A stretch of DNA of 63,901 nucleotides, counting the filler, from Chiloscyllium plagiosum (Eukaryota), in NCBI RefSeq assembly GCF_004010195.1. It is 5 parts of 2 records of this genome, joined end to end, with 100 filler letters (N's around TTAATTAATTAA, not from the genome) between each part and the next. Parts side by side here need not be neighbours in the genome. Positions count along the whole stretch, not along the records: positions 15,152 to 45,738 come from NC_057713.1; positions 45,839 to 58,003 come from NC_057713.1; 3 more parts are not named here. One strand, written 5' to 3'. Numbering within the stretch: position 1 is the first letter of the stretch; each line of letters opens with the position of its first letter. The notes under the pieces were generated by a model, which was not told where the DNA came from, did no database searches, and was given only the letters and a program-made list of their open reading frames with translations. The position numbers and the translations under genes were made by a program. Of this stretch, positions 38,440 to 50,589 are shown piece by piece.

Positions 38440-40260
38440 AGATTATTTCTTTGGCCCCATACTACCTCTTACCTACATACTTATACTTGGCAACATCATT
38501 CAAAAACATAGCATATATATAAACTAATGCTGATACCATCTCATTTGACCCCTCCACTATCTCTGAACTGTCTAATTGTTCATTAATAGTTATTATCAAA
38601 TGAGCAAAAATATTCTTCAACTTTACATTATCTTCTGTCCCTGCCTTAAATTTGTTCCCTAAACACTGCTTCAGTCCCTCTCTCTGGCAAATGTCAAAGA
38701 TTGAACCTAACTGCTCTCAACTGTGATGTCATATTTGATTCCAAGTTGAGTTTATGGTGTCACCTTCATGCCATCAGTAAGGCTCCTAGTCCCATGGCTG
38801 CAACATCATCTGACAATACCAGTTCTGAAGTAGAATCATACTGGACTCAAAATGTTAATTCTTTCTTTCTCCACAGATGCTGCTGGTCCTACTAAGATTG
38901 TCTTGCACTTTGTTTTTCATTTCAGATGTCCAGCATTCATAATATTTTGCTTTTGCACGATCATCTGACTCTGCTTTTGCCTGAGCTCAATCTTGCTGAA
39001 AACTTTATCCATCCATTCGTCACCTCTAAACTTGAACATTACATCACGCACACTTGGTTGGCCTCCATTTTCCACCTTGCATTATCTTGAGGTTATCTAA
39101 AAATCTGCTGCCTGTACTCGCTCACATCAAACCCTGTTTGTTCACAACCCTGCCCTTTTGTGAAGGGCAGGTCGTGCCTCACAAACCTTATTGAATTCTT
39201 TGAAAAGGTGACGAAGGAGGTTGATGAGGGGAAAGCGGTAGATGTGGTATATGTGGATTTTAGTAAGACGTTTGATAAGGTTCCCCATGGTAGGCTACTG
39301 CAGAAAATACGGAGATATGGCATTGAGGGTGAGTTGGAGGTTTGGATTAGGAATTGGCTGGATGGAAGAAGACAGAGGGTAGTAGTTGATGGCAAAGTTT
39401 CTTCATGGAGTGCCGTCACTAGCGGTGTTCCGCAAGGATCTGTTTTGGGACCATTGCTGTTTGTCATTTTTATAAATGACCTGGAAGAGGGGTTAGAAGG
39501 TTGGGTAAGCAAGTTTGCGGATGATACGAAAGATGGAGGAGTTGTTGACAGTGAGGAAGCATATGGCAGGTTACAGCAGGATATAGAGAAGCTGCAGAGC
39601 TGGGCAGAAAGGTGGCAGATGGAATACAATGTAGCTAAGTGCGAGGTGATTCACTTTGGGAAGAATAACAAAAAGATGGGGTACGGGGCTAATGGACGGA
39701 TACTTGGTAGAGTGGATGAGCAGAGGGATCTTGGTGTCCATGTACACAGATCTCTGAAAGTTGCCACCCAGGTAAATAGTGCGGTGAGGAAGGCATATGG
39801 CGTACTGGCTCTTATTGGTAGAGGAATTGAGTNNNNNNNNNNNNNNNNNNNNNNNNNNNNNNNNNNNNNNNNNNNNNNNNNNNNNNNNNNNNNNNNNNNN
39901 NNNNNAGGGGTAGGTTCTTCACTCAGTGAGTCGTAAGTTCATGGAATGCCCTGCCAGTAGCAGTGGTGGACTCTCCCTCTTTATGGGCATTTAAGCGGGC
40001 ATTGGATAGGTATATGGAGGATAGTGGGTTAGTATAGGTTAGGTGGGCTTGGATCGGCGCAACATCGAGGGCCAAAGGGCCTGTACTGCGCTGTATTCTT
40101 CTATGTTCTATGTTCTATTGTTCATTACACTACGCTGACTGTCCTGCATTGGTTCCTGATTAAGCAAAACCTTGATTTTAAAATTCTTATCCTTTTGTTT
40201 TCAAATTCTTCTTTGATTCATCCCTCTGTATCCCTTTGTCCTCCTCTGTTCCAATAATAA
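38440..40260 (+). mobile_element. Old L2-like LINE RT region, split by younger insertions
   Basis: GPILPLTYILILGNIIQKH (ORF 38333-38527) resembles L2 RT; resumes after 40118. Confidence 0.5.
39156..40118 (+). mobile_element. Young 5'-truncated CR1 (HER1-like) LINE RT with 3' tail
   Basis: Uninterrupted ORF from 39160 to the N gap: SCLTNL, DFSKTFDKVPH, GVPQGSVLGPLLF, KFADD; ends in (TTCTATG)n. Confidence 0.92.
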
Positions 40261-41496
40261 CTTACATTTACGTAATATCTTTAATGGAATAAAATGTTCC
40301 AAGGTGGTTCACAGTATTATAAAGCATAATTTAAGTGACACAGGCACTACTAAGGCAAATGGCCAAAAACTTGTTCAAAATGTTTAGTTTTAGAAGCATC
40401 TCAAAGGAAAAAGAAAAGTGTCATTGAGGTCAAGGAAGGAGCAGTCACAGTCATTAGCAGTTATATTGGATATAATTTGTGATCTTGATAAGAGCTGTGG
40501 AAATAATGAAATAAGCATGGAGTTTTTCAGTATGGTCACAGATGTGGGTGGGAACAACATCAAGGAATTATTTTGAGGAATTTAGGACACGGGTGCTAAT
40601 GAAATGAAGGTCAGCTGACCCTGAACACACTCACATATTGTTGGAGTTGAGGACGGAATAATCAGAAAGAAGGGATTTAAGATGATAGTTTGCAATAGGA
40701 AAAAAAATCCAAACGTCATTTTTGCAAGTTAAATTAATAAAGAAATAGTGAGCAGTTATAGGCCAATGAAACTCGGATCTAATAGACTTCGTGTTGAACC
40801 ATTGTCCAGAGTATAAATCTGCACCCTTGGATTTAATCAAGTGGAAATGAAAGCTGAATGAGGAGAATGGCTAAGATGGGAGAGAATACTAGTTTAATTT
40901 GGGACTAGGTGGTGCAGAATTATATTGTGCATCAAATCTATGGCTGCCAAAATGAGGCATTCCAGCAGTCACAGACTAGGTAGTTTTCACTGTATAGTTG
41001 TAGGCAAATTGGGGGAAGGTTTCTTTCTAAGGCCAGAAGAATGTAAAGTTAGAAGATGGATGTGGATGGAAAGTGTTTCTAGTAAGTGATCAGAGATGGC
41101 TTTATCTATGATTGATACATTGTGAGCAGTGAGGCAGAGTTATGAGGATGACTGTTAATATATGTTTACATTGAGGAACAGGTTTGGAGGACAAATAAGT
41201 CATGAACTCAGGGAAAACAGCATGATATATTGAGATGGAGGGTGAAATAACTGATGATGAGAATTTTGTCAGTGCAGAAGCTAAGAGATGGAAAGCAGCA
41301 AAGTATTCTTGGTAAGAAAACTTTTACCATACTTGCAAAGATGGGAGAGAACAAGAGAACTTTAAATTAAACATGAGAGGGACAGAACAATGTTACATGA
41401 TATTGAGTGATGAGTACCAAATTGCCACCATGACATTATTGATGGGTAGGTAAGATGTAGCCAACTGGAGAGACATTTTTCGTCACATCTCAATCT

Positions 41497-42127
41497 TGTC
41501 ACAAAGCTGCTCCCTTTTTTCTGAAAGGTGTTCCTTTTCTCAGGATACTGTGTCCTTGATTTTTCTCAGAGGGGTAATAAAACTCTCCCGGCTCCAAGGT
41601 GATTAGTTTGGTAGAGATGAAAAAGGATTTTGAGCAGCCATTTGTTTATATGTAAACAAATGAGATTTCAGGCCAAAGTGGTCATGTTTTACAAGTGACC
41701 TGTATAATGAAAGGGGAGTGGTCAGCTCTCTAGCTAAACAGTTAGGTCCAGAACTAGTTAGGAGTTCAGCTGTGTGGAAACAGGCTGCGAAACTCTCTCT
41801 ATCCTTCTGCCCTTCTAACTTAAACCTGTAAGCATTTGTTCCATTCATATTTTTTTTAAGGGGGTTTGCTTATTGGGACTGTTGTGTATATTCGGAACAG
41901 CACAATTAAGTCTAGTTTGGGTATACTGAGTTCTCTAGGGGTTCTTTATTCTGTTCTTTGTGTTTCATTGTGTAATGTTGCGAATTAATTTTTGTTTGTT
42001 TTAAAACCTGGTAGTCAACCTAGCTAACTTACTCCAGGTAATTTTCACTGTACAGTTAAGCGAAACAAATTACAAAGTTATGGTCCAGGTTGTCTGCTTA
42101 AGAATAGGTCCGGCCTAGTCTATAACA
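41497..42127 (+). mobile_element. Solo LTR (631 bp), probably Gypsy
   Basis: TGTCACAA...TATAACA termini; flanks ATCT/GTCT (4-bp TSD with one mismatch); orientation tentative. Confidence 0.65.
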
Positions 42128-42150
42128 GTCTGCATCATTATCAGACAGTT

Positions 42151-42336
42151 CAGGAGAAAGTGAGGACTGTAGATGCAGGAGATCAAAGTCAAGAGTGTGG
42201 TGCTGGAAAAGTACAGCAGGTCAGGCAGCAACCGAGAAGCAAGAGAATCAATATTTCAGGCAAAAGTCCTGATGAAACATCAAATCTCCTACTCCTTGGA
42301 TGCTGCCTAACCTGCTGTTCTTTTCCAGCACCACAC
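42151..42336. mobile_element. Short fold-back Penelope pLTR element, degenerate
   Basis: GTGTGGTGCTGGAAAAG..CTTTTCCAGCACCACAC inverted arms with a preceding tail; flanks CATCATTATCAGACAGT / CATCATGATAATGCAGT may be an eroded TSD. Confidence 0.65.
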
Positions 42337-44007
42337 ATCATGATAATGCAGTCGACCACAACAAATATATGGATGTGGTGTTAATCAAATGGACTGCTTT
42401 GACCTGGAAGTCATTCTGCTTCTTGACTGTTGTCTGAGTTGTGCTCATCCAGGCACTAAAATCCTGACTTGTTTCTTGCACAGCAAAAAAAAGGCATTAG
42501 AAAATCAAGAAATGAATTACACCATAAATTCTCAGCCTTTGATTTACTGTTCTAGCTGTAGCAGATAGAGTTTTTAATTTTCTTTCCTTATTTTTCTTTT
42601 CTCTTTCAAAATAGACAGAGGTTTGTATCTCTAAACCCTGTTTGTGAATTTGAATTTAAAATTTTATTTCTTATTTATTTCTAAGATCCTGCACCTAGAT
42701 CCGTTGTATCTGATGTCTTGAAGCACTGTAATGCTGAACTTTTTATTTCTTTACTTTTCTAATTTATTCCTAAGATCCTGTATCTAGGTACTGTTGTACC
42801 TAAGATGGCATTGTAAGTGGTAACTTTGTAGACTTTTCACTGCACTCATGTGAGTACATGAGATGGTAAACCTAATTCTATTCTATTCTATATCCAACAA
42901 CAAATTGTTTTGGTTTAAAACAAGTAGGGTTTGCTACTGCATTTAAAACTCAGAAGAATGGTTCATAATGCACACTTACATACATGCATCCAAGAAAGAA
43001 AAAGAGAAAGGAAAGGGATAGAATTTAGAAACTCTAAATTTCTTACAGTCAAAGATATCATGTAAATTTGAGGATCCAGTAAGTCAGTGTCCAGTTGAGG
43101 TTCTTTCAGTTGGCATTCAGTTTTGCGCAGATGTCCTTTTCACAGGAATTCAGATATAATCAAATTGCTGATTAGTAGTAAGCTGGGAATTGTTTCACTT
43201 CGTAGGCAAAACTCAAGTTTGTTTCCAGAAATCAGACTTCTGTAAGATGTTGAGGCCAGAGGCAGGCATTTAGCTAAGTCTGGAGCTGTTTACTGTTCTG
43301 GTGTTACAAGACTGATAATCAAAAGACACAGTTGTATAATTAAAGATGATTCAAACAAGGTAGAGATTTTAGCCACTTAAATAAAAACAAATAGTGTAAT
43401 TTAGAAAATCTGAAACAGACACACTCTAGAATTCTGATGAAGAGCCAATAATGGATTTGAAATGTTCATTCTGTTTCTCTCTCCAGCATTCCTGTCTTTA
43501 TTTCAGTCATGTGACTGGGCTTCAGGTTGAGCCATTCAGCTAACGGGGAGGATTTGATGTCCCATCACCAGAAACCATTGAGTTTTGTTGCAAGAAAGTA
43601 ATATGCAATTAGTCAAGCAATGATGTGTATTGATGATCTTTTTATCTGCACAAGCTGAAGTAGACATCTCATCTACATGTTCTTGTGCTAGCTATGTAGC
43701 TGTTATTTATGCACTTCTTGAACTTCCCTGTTGCTGAACAGATGTTTTCTTATGCATATGATTGTAGATAATTTTAATCAACCTGTTCAGCGATATTTTG
43801 ACCCACCTCTGGAACAGGTGGGCCTTGAACCCAGGCCTCCTGGCTCTAAGGTAGGGAGGGACACTAACACTGCACCTTAAGAACTCCTCTATATGATTAT
43901 ATAAGTAGTTTCTTCAGTTGCTCCCATCTTAAAATATCTGCACTTAACAGGGTCCTTCACTATTCAGGAGAAAGGAGTTTTCAGTGAGACAGGACAATAA
44001 CATGCCA

Positions 44008-44181
44008 TTAGAACAAAGAATAATACAGCACAGCTACAGGCCCTTCAGCCCTCCAAGCCTGCACTGACACATTTTGCCATTCCGTACTAAGACTGTCTTC
44101 ACTTACAGGATCCATATCCCTCTATTCCCTTCCAATTCATGTATGCGTCCAGATGCTTCTTGAATATTGATATTATGTCTA
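44008..44181 (-). mobile_element. CR1-type 3' end
   Basis: AGAACAAAGAA..CAGGCCCTTCAGCCC reverse-tail pattern shared with 55590 and 56475. Confidence 0.65.
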
Positions 44182-44655
44182 TGTAGTGACATGGGGTAAA
44201 CCCTCCTGCTCAATTTAAACCAGCAACACAGAAAAGATTTATACTGTGCAGTAATCTGAAAATACAAGTGGCCAAGAACTATTTAAACTAAAAATTAACA
44301 ACTTTATTTCTTCAAGTATAACAGAGAATAATTAACTAACGACTATTTACAAGTCCTTACTCTAACCTATCTTTTACCTTCCCTTCTATAATACTAGTCT
44401 GATAAAACTCCCAATTATCACTTACAAAACAACACTTCTTATCTCAAAACCAGGCAGCTTTAGTTTCTCCTCTGTATTTCGGTCTTTCTTTTCTCCTTGG
44501 GGATACTGCTTCACAGGTTACTGATCAATAAAGGTACTTTTAAGAGAGCTATATTTATGGGCAGTGTGAAGATGCTGTTGGATTGGCAGTTCTCCTCTCA
44601 ACTGTTCAATTTCCCCCGGTCGTACATCCTCAAAGCGTCAGATTGTGTCATTGGC
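44182..44655 (-). mobile_element. LTR-like fragment, interrupted by L1
   Basis: Begins TGTAGTGACATGGGGTAAACCC; non-coding; ends at the L1 poly(T). LTR identity inferred. Confidence 0.45.
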
Positions 44656-45738
44656 TTTTTTTAATAGATATTTTTATTAGAAATTTAACATTTTTACAAG
44701 TTTACAAAAATAAACAAAACTCTCAGATATAAACATTGATATACAATTAACTCAAATATACAATAGCCAAAATTTAACAAAAGACAAAAAAAAACGAAAA
44801 AGAAGAAAAAAACAAAACTCAACTATCTACTAATCTAACCTACAATAACCAGAGTGTATATTTAAGTCTCTTACATGCTCGGAATTTGTTAACATCAGAT
44901 GTAATAAAACCCGTATTCGTGCGGGATTCCTCTTCCGAGGGGCCCGGACCAACCAGGTTTGTAATCTCAATTAAATAAAAGCCCTTGTTAGGATAGCCGA
45001 AATATCTGTATTTATGTAATTCAAGAAGGACTGCCATATTTTATAAAATAATTCGGTCTTTCAGTGCACCATATTTGTGAGGAAGTCAAGGGGAATACAT
45101 TCCATAATTAATCTGTGCCAATTTGAAATCCAGGGGGGCCCTCAGCTACCCAGTTCACCAAAATATTTTTCCTTGCACAGAAAGAAAGAATAGAAAATAG
45201 TCTCTTCCCGTACTTGTCCAGGGAGGGAAAATTCAAAAAGCCCAAAAGGAGAGATACAGGGTCCACTTTAATTTCCGTTCCTAAAATTTCTGTCAGGGTA
45301 CTTGCTACTTTAGTCCAATATCTACGGATCTTATGACAGGTCCATAGGCAATGTACAAGAGTGCCCACCTCTATTTTGCATTTAGGACACATTGGAGATG
45401 CTCCTGCCTTAAATTTTGCCAGTTGAACCGGTGCTATATGGGCCCTATGAAGTATCTTCAGCTGGATAGCCTGGGTTCTGTTACAAATAGTAATTCTTCT
45501 AGCATTTTCCCAAATACCATTCCACGTTTCTGTGGAGATTTCTAGTCCCAGATCCTGATCCCATGTTTTAAGCAGATTATCCATATCTCCCGATACTTCA
45601 TCATGTAGCAAATGATAAATATTACTGACGGAAGATACCCCCACTGGTCGTAGGACACTACATTCTCTATCGGACTTATAAAGACTATCTAATAACGTAG
45701 TCTTCTTCTGGATATAATCTCGAATTTGGAAGTATCAA
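44656..45738 (-). mobile_element. L1-clade LINE 3' end (ORF2 C-terminal CCHC domain, 3' UTR, poly-A)
   Basis: QLKILHRAH..CPKC..GTLVHCLWTCHKIRRYW; AATAAA and short A-tail on the minus strand at 44656-44680. Confidence 0.88.
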
Positions 45739-45838
45739 NNNNNNNNNNNNNNNNNNNNNNNNNNNNNNNNNNNNNNNNNNNNTTAATTAATTAANNNNNN
45801 NNNNNNNNNNNNNNNNNNNNNNNNNNNNNNNNNNNNNN

Positions 45839-47356
45839 CTTACTAGTTTAAATCCTCCCAAGCAGTTCAAGCAAATTTCCCTGCCAGTATATTAGTCCCC
45901 TTCCAATTTAGGTGCAATCCGTCCTTCTTGTACAGGTCACTTCTACCCCAAAAGAGATTCCAATTATCCAAAAATGTGAATCCTTCGCCAATACACCAGC
46001 TCCCCAGCCATACATTCATCTGCTGTATCCTCCTATTCCTGCCCTCACTAGCTCGTAGCACTGGAAGTAATCCAGATATTACGACCCTTGAGGACCTCCT
46101 TTTTAAATTTCTGCCTAACGCTCTGTAATATCCCTTCAGAATCTCAACCTTTTCCCTTCCAATGCCATTGGTTCCAATTTGGACAATGACCTCCTGCTGG
46201 GTCCTCTCTCCCGTGAGAACATTCTGCACCCTCTCTGAGACAGCCTTGGTCCTGGCACCAGGGAAACAACACACCATTCTGCTTTTTCTCTGCTGGCCAC
46301 AGAAACGTCTGTCTGTACCTCTCACTACAGAATCCCCTAACACAATTGATCTCTTGGAAGCTGACGTACCCCTCATTGCATTAGAGCCAGTCTCAATACC
46401 AGAAACTTGGCTCTTTGTGCTACATTCCCCTGAGAATCCATCACCCCCTACATTTTCCAAAACAACATACCTGTTTGAAATGTGTATATCCACAAAAGAC
46501 TCCTGCACTAGCTGCCTACCTCTCTTACCATTCCTGGAGTTAACTCATCAATGTGACTCTATCTGAGACTTTCCCCCCTTCCTATAACTGCCATCCATCA
46601 CATACTGTTGCAAATTCCTCATTGCTTCTATCTGTCTCTCCAACTGATCTACTCGATCTGATAAGATTTGCATCCAACAGCATTTATGGCAGATATAATC
46701 CGCAGTAACCTTTAAACTCTCTTTCAACTCCCACGTCTGACAAGAAGTACATATCACTGCAAAGGTAATTTTTGCTCCTTCACAATCTACAGACCCAGAA
46801 AATTATTCCTCTACAAACACTGCCCCAGGTTAAATTAATAGCTATGGCTTATATTTTAAGTTTAATCAAGAGACTTATCTCCAAAAACATATAATCAACA
46901 AAGAATCCACTGTACCCACTACTGCAGCCTTTCTCTTGGACAGACTTAAAACAACAATTAGCTTATCTGATTCTGTGCTGTGAATTTCACCCAACAGTTC
47001 CTCCAAGATTAGTTGTGAATTTCACTGTTTGTTAATTTTCCCAGATGCACTCCGATATCCAGCGATACACAAATTCAAACAGCAAAGGTGGTAACTGTGC
47101 AGGTTTTTTTTCTCTCTCTCTCTCCTGCACTGACCTCACCATGTGCTTTCTTTGTCTACTCTTCTCCCTTTTAAAATGCTGTTGTTTTGACTTTTATTTT
47201 CCAAAGTTCCAAAACAATGCAACAGCATCTAAAACAGTAATTGCTGCTCCTGGAATTTGAGGAAATCACCTCCAGCACTAAAATACCTCAAAAAAAGGAG
47301 CAGCTCTAACAGCCAGAAATTTTTCCCGTCCTCCATCTTGGATTACCCAGAATCCA
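45839..47356 (-). mobile_element. CR1-type LINE 5' UTR and ORF1 (zinc finger plus SGNH esterase)
   Basis: CTSC..CHKC (ORF 46548-46757); VLGDSVVR, FPGA, IGTN, DGLHLN (ORF 45867-46508). Confidence 0.88.
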
Positions 47357-48182
47357 ACCCTTCTTCACTGCCCCTAACATTCTTCCTGAGGCACATGAAT
47401 TGACCACGGCTTGTGGAGTCCAGACACCCGGTGAAGCCCAACAGCTCACCAGGAGCCTTCCTAATCAGGTTATCCCATGGCACTCTGAACTATTATCCTC
47501 AACTGGGTCTAGCCGACTGGCTCAGAAATCACTGACCTACATTGCCTGCTGTGAAAGCAGTGTCCATCAGTGAATCACGCAGCTCGGTGCAGTCCATCTG
47601 ACTGGTTCTTACTTCCGGTGGCTGGTGAGGTGCCAACTCTCCACAGCCAGCTGATCGCTGAGGCTCTCTTGCCTTGTTAGCTGCAAGATTGTCAAAAAAA
47701 ACCTATGAGCTCTCTGGCAAACTGCTAAGCCAGGTAGTGCCAGCTTTCCAGTTCAAGCTGCTTCCAAAAAAAAGATCCAGGCTAATGATTTTTTTTTCTT
47801 ATTTATTCATGGGATCTAGGTATCTCTGGCTGTGCTGCCATTTATCACCTTTACCTATTTGCCCTTAAGAAGGTGGCACTGAACTGCCTTCTTGAATCAC
47901 TGCAGCCCATTTGGTTTTCTCCACAATGTCGTAAGGGAGGGGTGGTCCACAATTTTGACTGAGCAACACTGAAGATACAGTGGCATATTTCCAAGTCAGG
48001 ATGGTGAGCGGCTTGAAGTGGAACTTGAAGGGGGTGGTGTTCCCATCTGCTCCCGTTGACCTTCTAGTTGGTTTGGGAGGTTTGGGAGGAGCTGTCTAAA
48101 AAGCCATGTAGAATCTTAGCGGTGCATCCTGTAGATGGTACACACTGCTGCTGAACAATGATGGTGGAGCAAGTGGATCTTT

Positions 48183-48490
48183 GGGGCAGCTTAGTGGCTC
48201 AGTGGTTAGCACTGCTGCCTCATAGCACCAGGGACCCACATTGAATTCCAGCCTTGGGCGACTGTCTGTGTGAAATTTGAACACTCCCCCTGAGTCTGTA
48301 TGGGTTCCCTCCGGGTGCTCTAGTTTCCTCCCACAGACTGAAGATGTACAGGCTAGGCAGATTGGCTGTGGGAAATGCAGGGTTACAGGGATTGGGTGGG
48401 GAGGGGTTGGGTGGGTTGCTCTTCAGAGAGTCAGAGTGGTCTTGCTGGGCTGAATAGCCTGTTTCCAGACTGAAGGGATTCTATGATTCT
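48183..48490 (+). mobile_element. HE1-like / V-SINE
   Basis: GTGGCTCAGTGGTTAGCACTGCTGCCTCA head, V domain, GATTCTATGATTCT tail. Confidence 0.8.
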
Positions 48491-48494
48491 GCTC

Positions 48495-49420
48495 CTTCGT
48501 CAATGACCTACCCCATCATGTGGTCATTCATGAGGATACTTGCTGATGATTTGCACCAAGGTCAGGACCATTCAAGTCTCCTCAGATATCAAAGCTGTCC
48601 ATGTCCAAATGCAGCAAGACCTTGACAATATCCAAGTTTGGGTTGACAAGTGCCAAATAACATTCATGCCACATGAGTGCCAAGCAATGACCATCTCCAA
48701 AAAGAGAGAATCTAGCCATGACTGTTTGATGCTCAATGGTGTTACTTATTCTGAATTCCCCGCTATCAACATCCTGGAGATTACCATTGAACTAGACTAG
48801 CAACATAAATACTCTGGCTGCAAGAGCAGGTCAGAGGCTAGTAATACAAGAGCAGGTCACAGGCTAGTAATACAGCAGCAAGTAACTCACCTCCTGACCC
48901 CCAAAGTCTGTCTACCATCTTCAAAGCATAAGTCAGGAGTGTGATGGAATACTCCCCACTTGCTTGGTTGAGTGCAGTTCCAACAACACTCAATGAACTT
49001 ACCACCAGGCAGGACAAAGCAACCTGTTGATTGACACCACATCCACAAACAATCTCTCCCTCCACAGTAGCAGCAGTGTGTACCATCTACAAAATGCACT
49101 GCAGAAATTCACCAAACCTTCTTAGACAGTACCTTCCAAACCTCCAACCTTCTATCTAGAAGGACAATATGGAAACACCACTATCTGTATGTTCCCCTCC
49201 AAGTAGCTTCCCACCCTGACTTGGAAATAGATCGCTGTTCCTTCAACATCACTGCGTCAAAATCCTGGAATTTCCTCCCTAACAGCATTGTGCATCCACC
49301 TATACAAAATGGACTGCAGTGGCTCAATAACAGCTTATGATCACCTTCTCAAGAGTATTTAGGAATGCCTGATGAATGCTGACTTAGTGACCAAAGCCCA
49401 TGGTGCCTGGATGAGTTAAA
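48495..49420 (+). mobile_element. Decayed CR1/L2-clade LINE 3' portion
   Basis: QQDLDNIQVWVDKCQITF (ORF 48540-48800); paralogous to 12440-13090. Confidence 0.7.
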
Positions 49421-49459
49421 GCTGTTAACTCTCGCTATGCCTGAATGGTGCCTATCTTT

Positions 49460-49667
49460 CTAGATCAGTGTTGCTGGAAGAGCACAGCAATTCAGGCAGC
49501 ATCCGAGGACAGGCAAAATCGACGTTTCGGGCAAAAGCCCTTCATCAGGAATAAAAGCCCGAAACGTCGATTTTGCCTGTCCTCGGATGCTGCCTCAATT
49601 GCTGTGCTCTTCCAGCACCACTGATCTAGAATCTGGTTTCCAGCATCTGCAGTCATTGTTTTTACCT
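49460..49667. mobile_element. 208-bp fold-back Penelope pLTR mini-element with intact hammerhead and perfect 14-bp TSD
   Basis: TSD TGGTGCCTATCTTT at 49446-49459 and 49668-49681; arms 49459-49532 / 49557-49630; tail 49631-49667. Confidence 0.92.
49524..49548 (-). ncRNA. Minimal type I hammerhead ribozyme core
   Basis: Minus strand CTGATGA-AGGGC TTTT GCCC-GAAAC-GTC; identical core at 57913-57937. Confidence 0.8.
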
Positions 49668-50589
49668 TGGTGCCTATCTTTACCTAAACAGCATAAAGAT
49701 TGATGTGTGGTGAACACTTTTCTAGTAGTAACGATCTGTTTTTATTTTCTTTTGCTAATAATCACAATTTTGTTTTTACCTGCAGAGTTTAAGTTAGTAG
49801 TAAAGTCTCCTCTAAAGTCACTCAGTTACTGTTGCTTTGCCACTGATCAACTTTCTGCAATCCTGTGATCTCTCGAGTGAGTAACAAACAGATTCAATAC
49901 ATTTTGCTCATATTCACCAGGTGATCTTTCTGAAAATAGCAAGATTTATTTTTCACAAGTGAATTATGAGAGATGTGTCATGTCCATAGATTGGGAGTTA
50001 CATGTTGTTTCATGCAATTACATATTTCCATGATTACAGCTTTGACTCATGCTGGGTTTGTGTTGTGTCTCAGGTCTGTGGAATTAATGCTAAATCAATC
50101 AGTGGATAGCACCCAAGCACTAGTCAATGTCTGTTGAATTGTAGACATATTAATATACACACATTTTAACAATTTCCCCTTCAGCAAAATTTTACAAATA
50201 TTTTAATTGAATATCCCAGAAGTCTGGAACTCGAATTAAGTCGGTCTGTTCCATTTTTGTGATTCTAAGCTGAATTCTCTTGTGAGTAAATTTTAGTGAC
50301 GGTCTGCCCTGGGAAACTGTAAGATTTATATTCAGCATGTTGTGGAGGTGAAGCACTTATGGACGGAAGGGGTTTTATTAATTGTCGTAAAGTTCACATT
50401 ATTATCATAATACCAGCTGCAAATCTGTCACAAGTTCTTGATCCGTGTTATATCTTGGTAAAACATGATTTGAGATTTTAAATATATATCATGAACAATA
50501 AGGGATCTGACACTGATTCCTGTGGTACACCCCTACATAGACAAATAGTATTCTACCACCACCTTCTGCCTCCTACCGAGAAGCCTATT

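Noticed and set aside
39093..39629. 178-aa minus ORF
   Set aside because: Antisense frame of the CR1 reverse transcriptase.
49786..49868. Plus-strand terminal exon after a strong acceptor (FKLVVKSPLKSLSYCC..*)
   Set aside because: Phase incompatible with the 37778 exon, short, and no other support.
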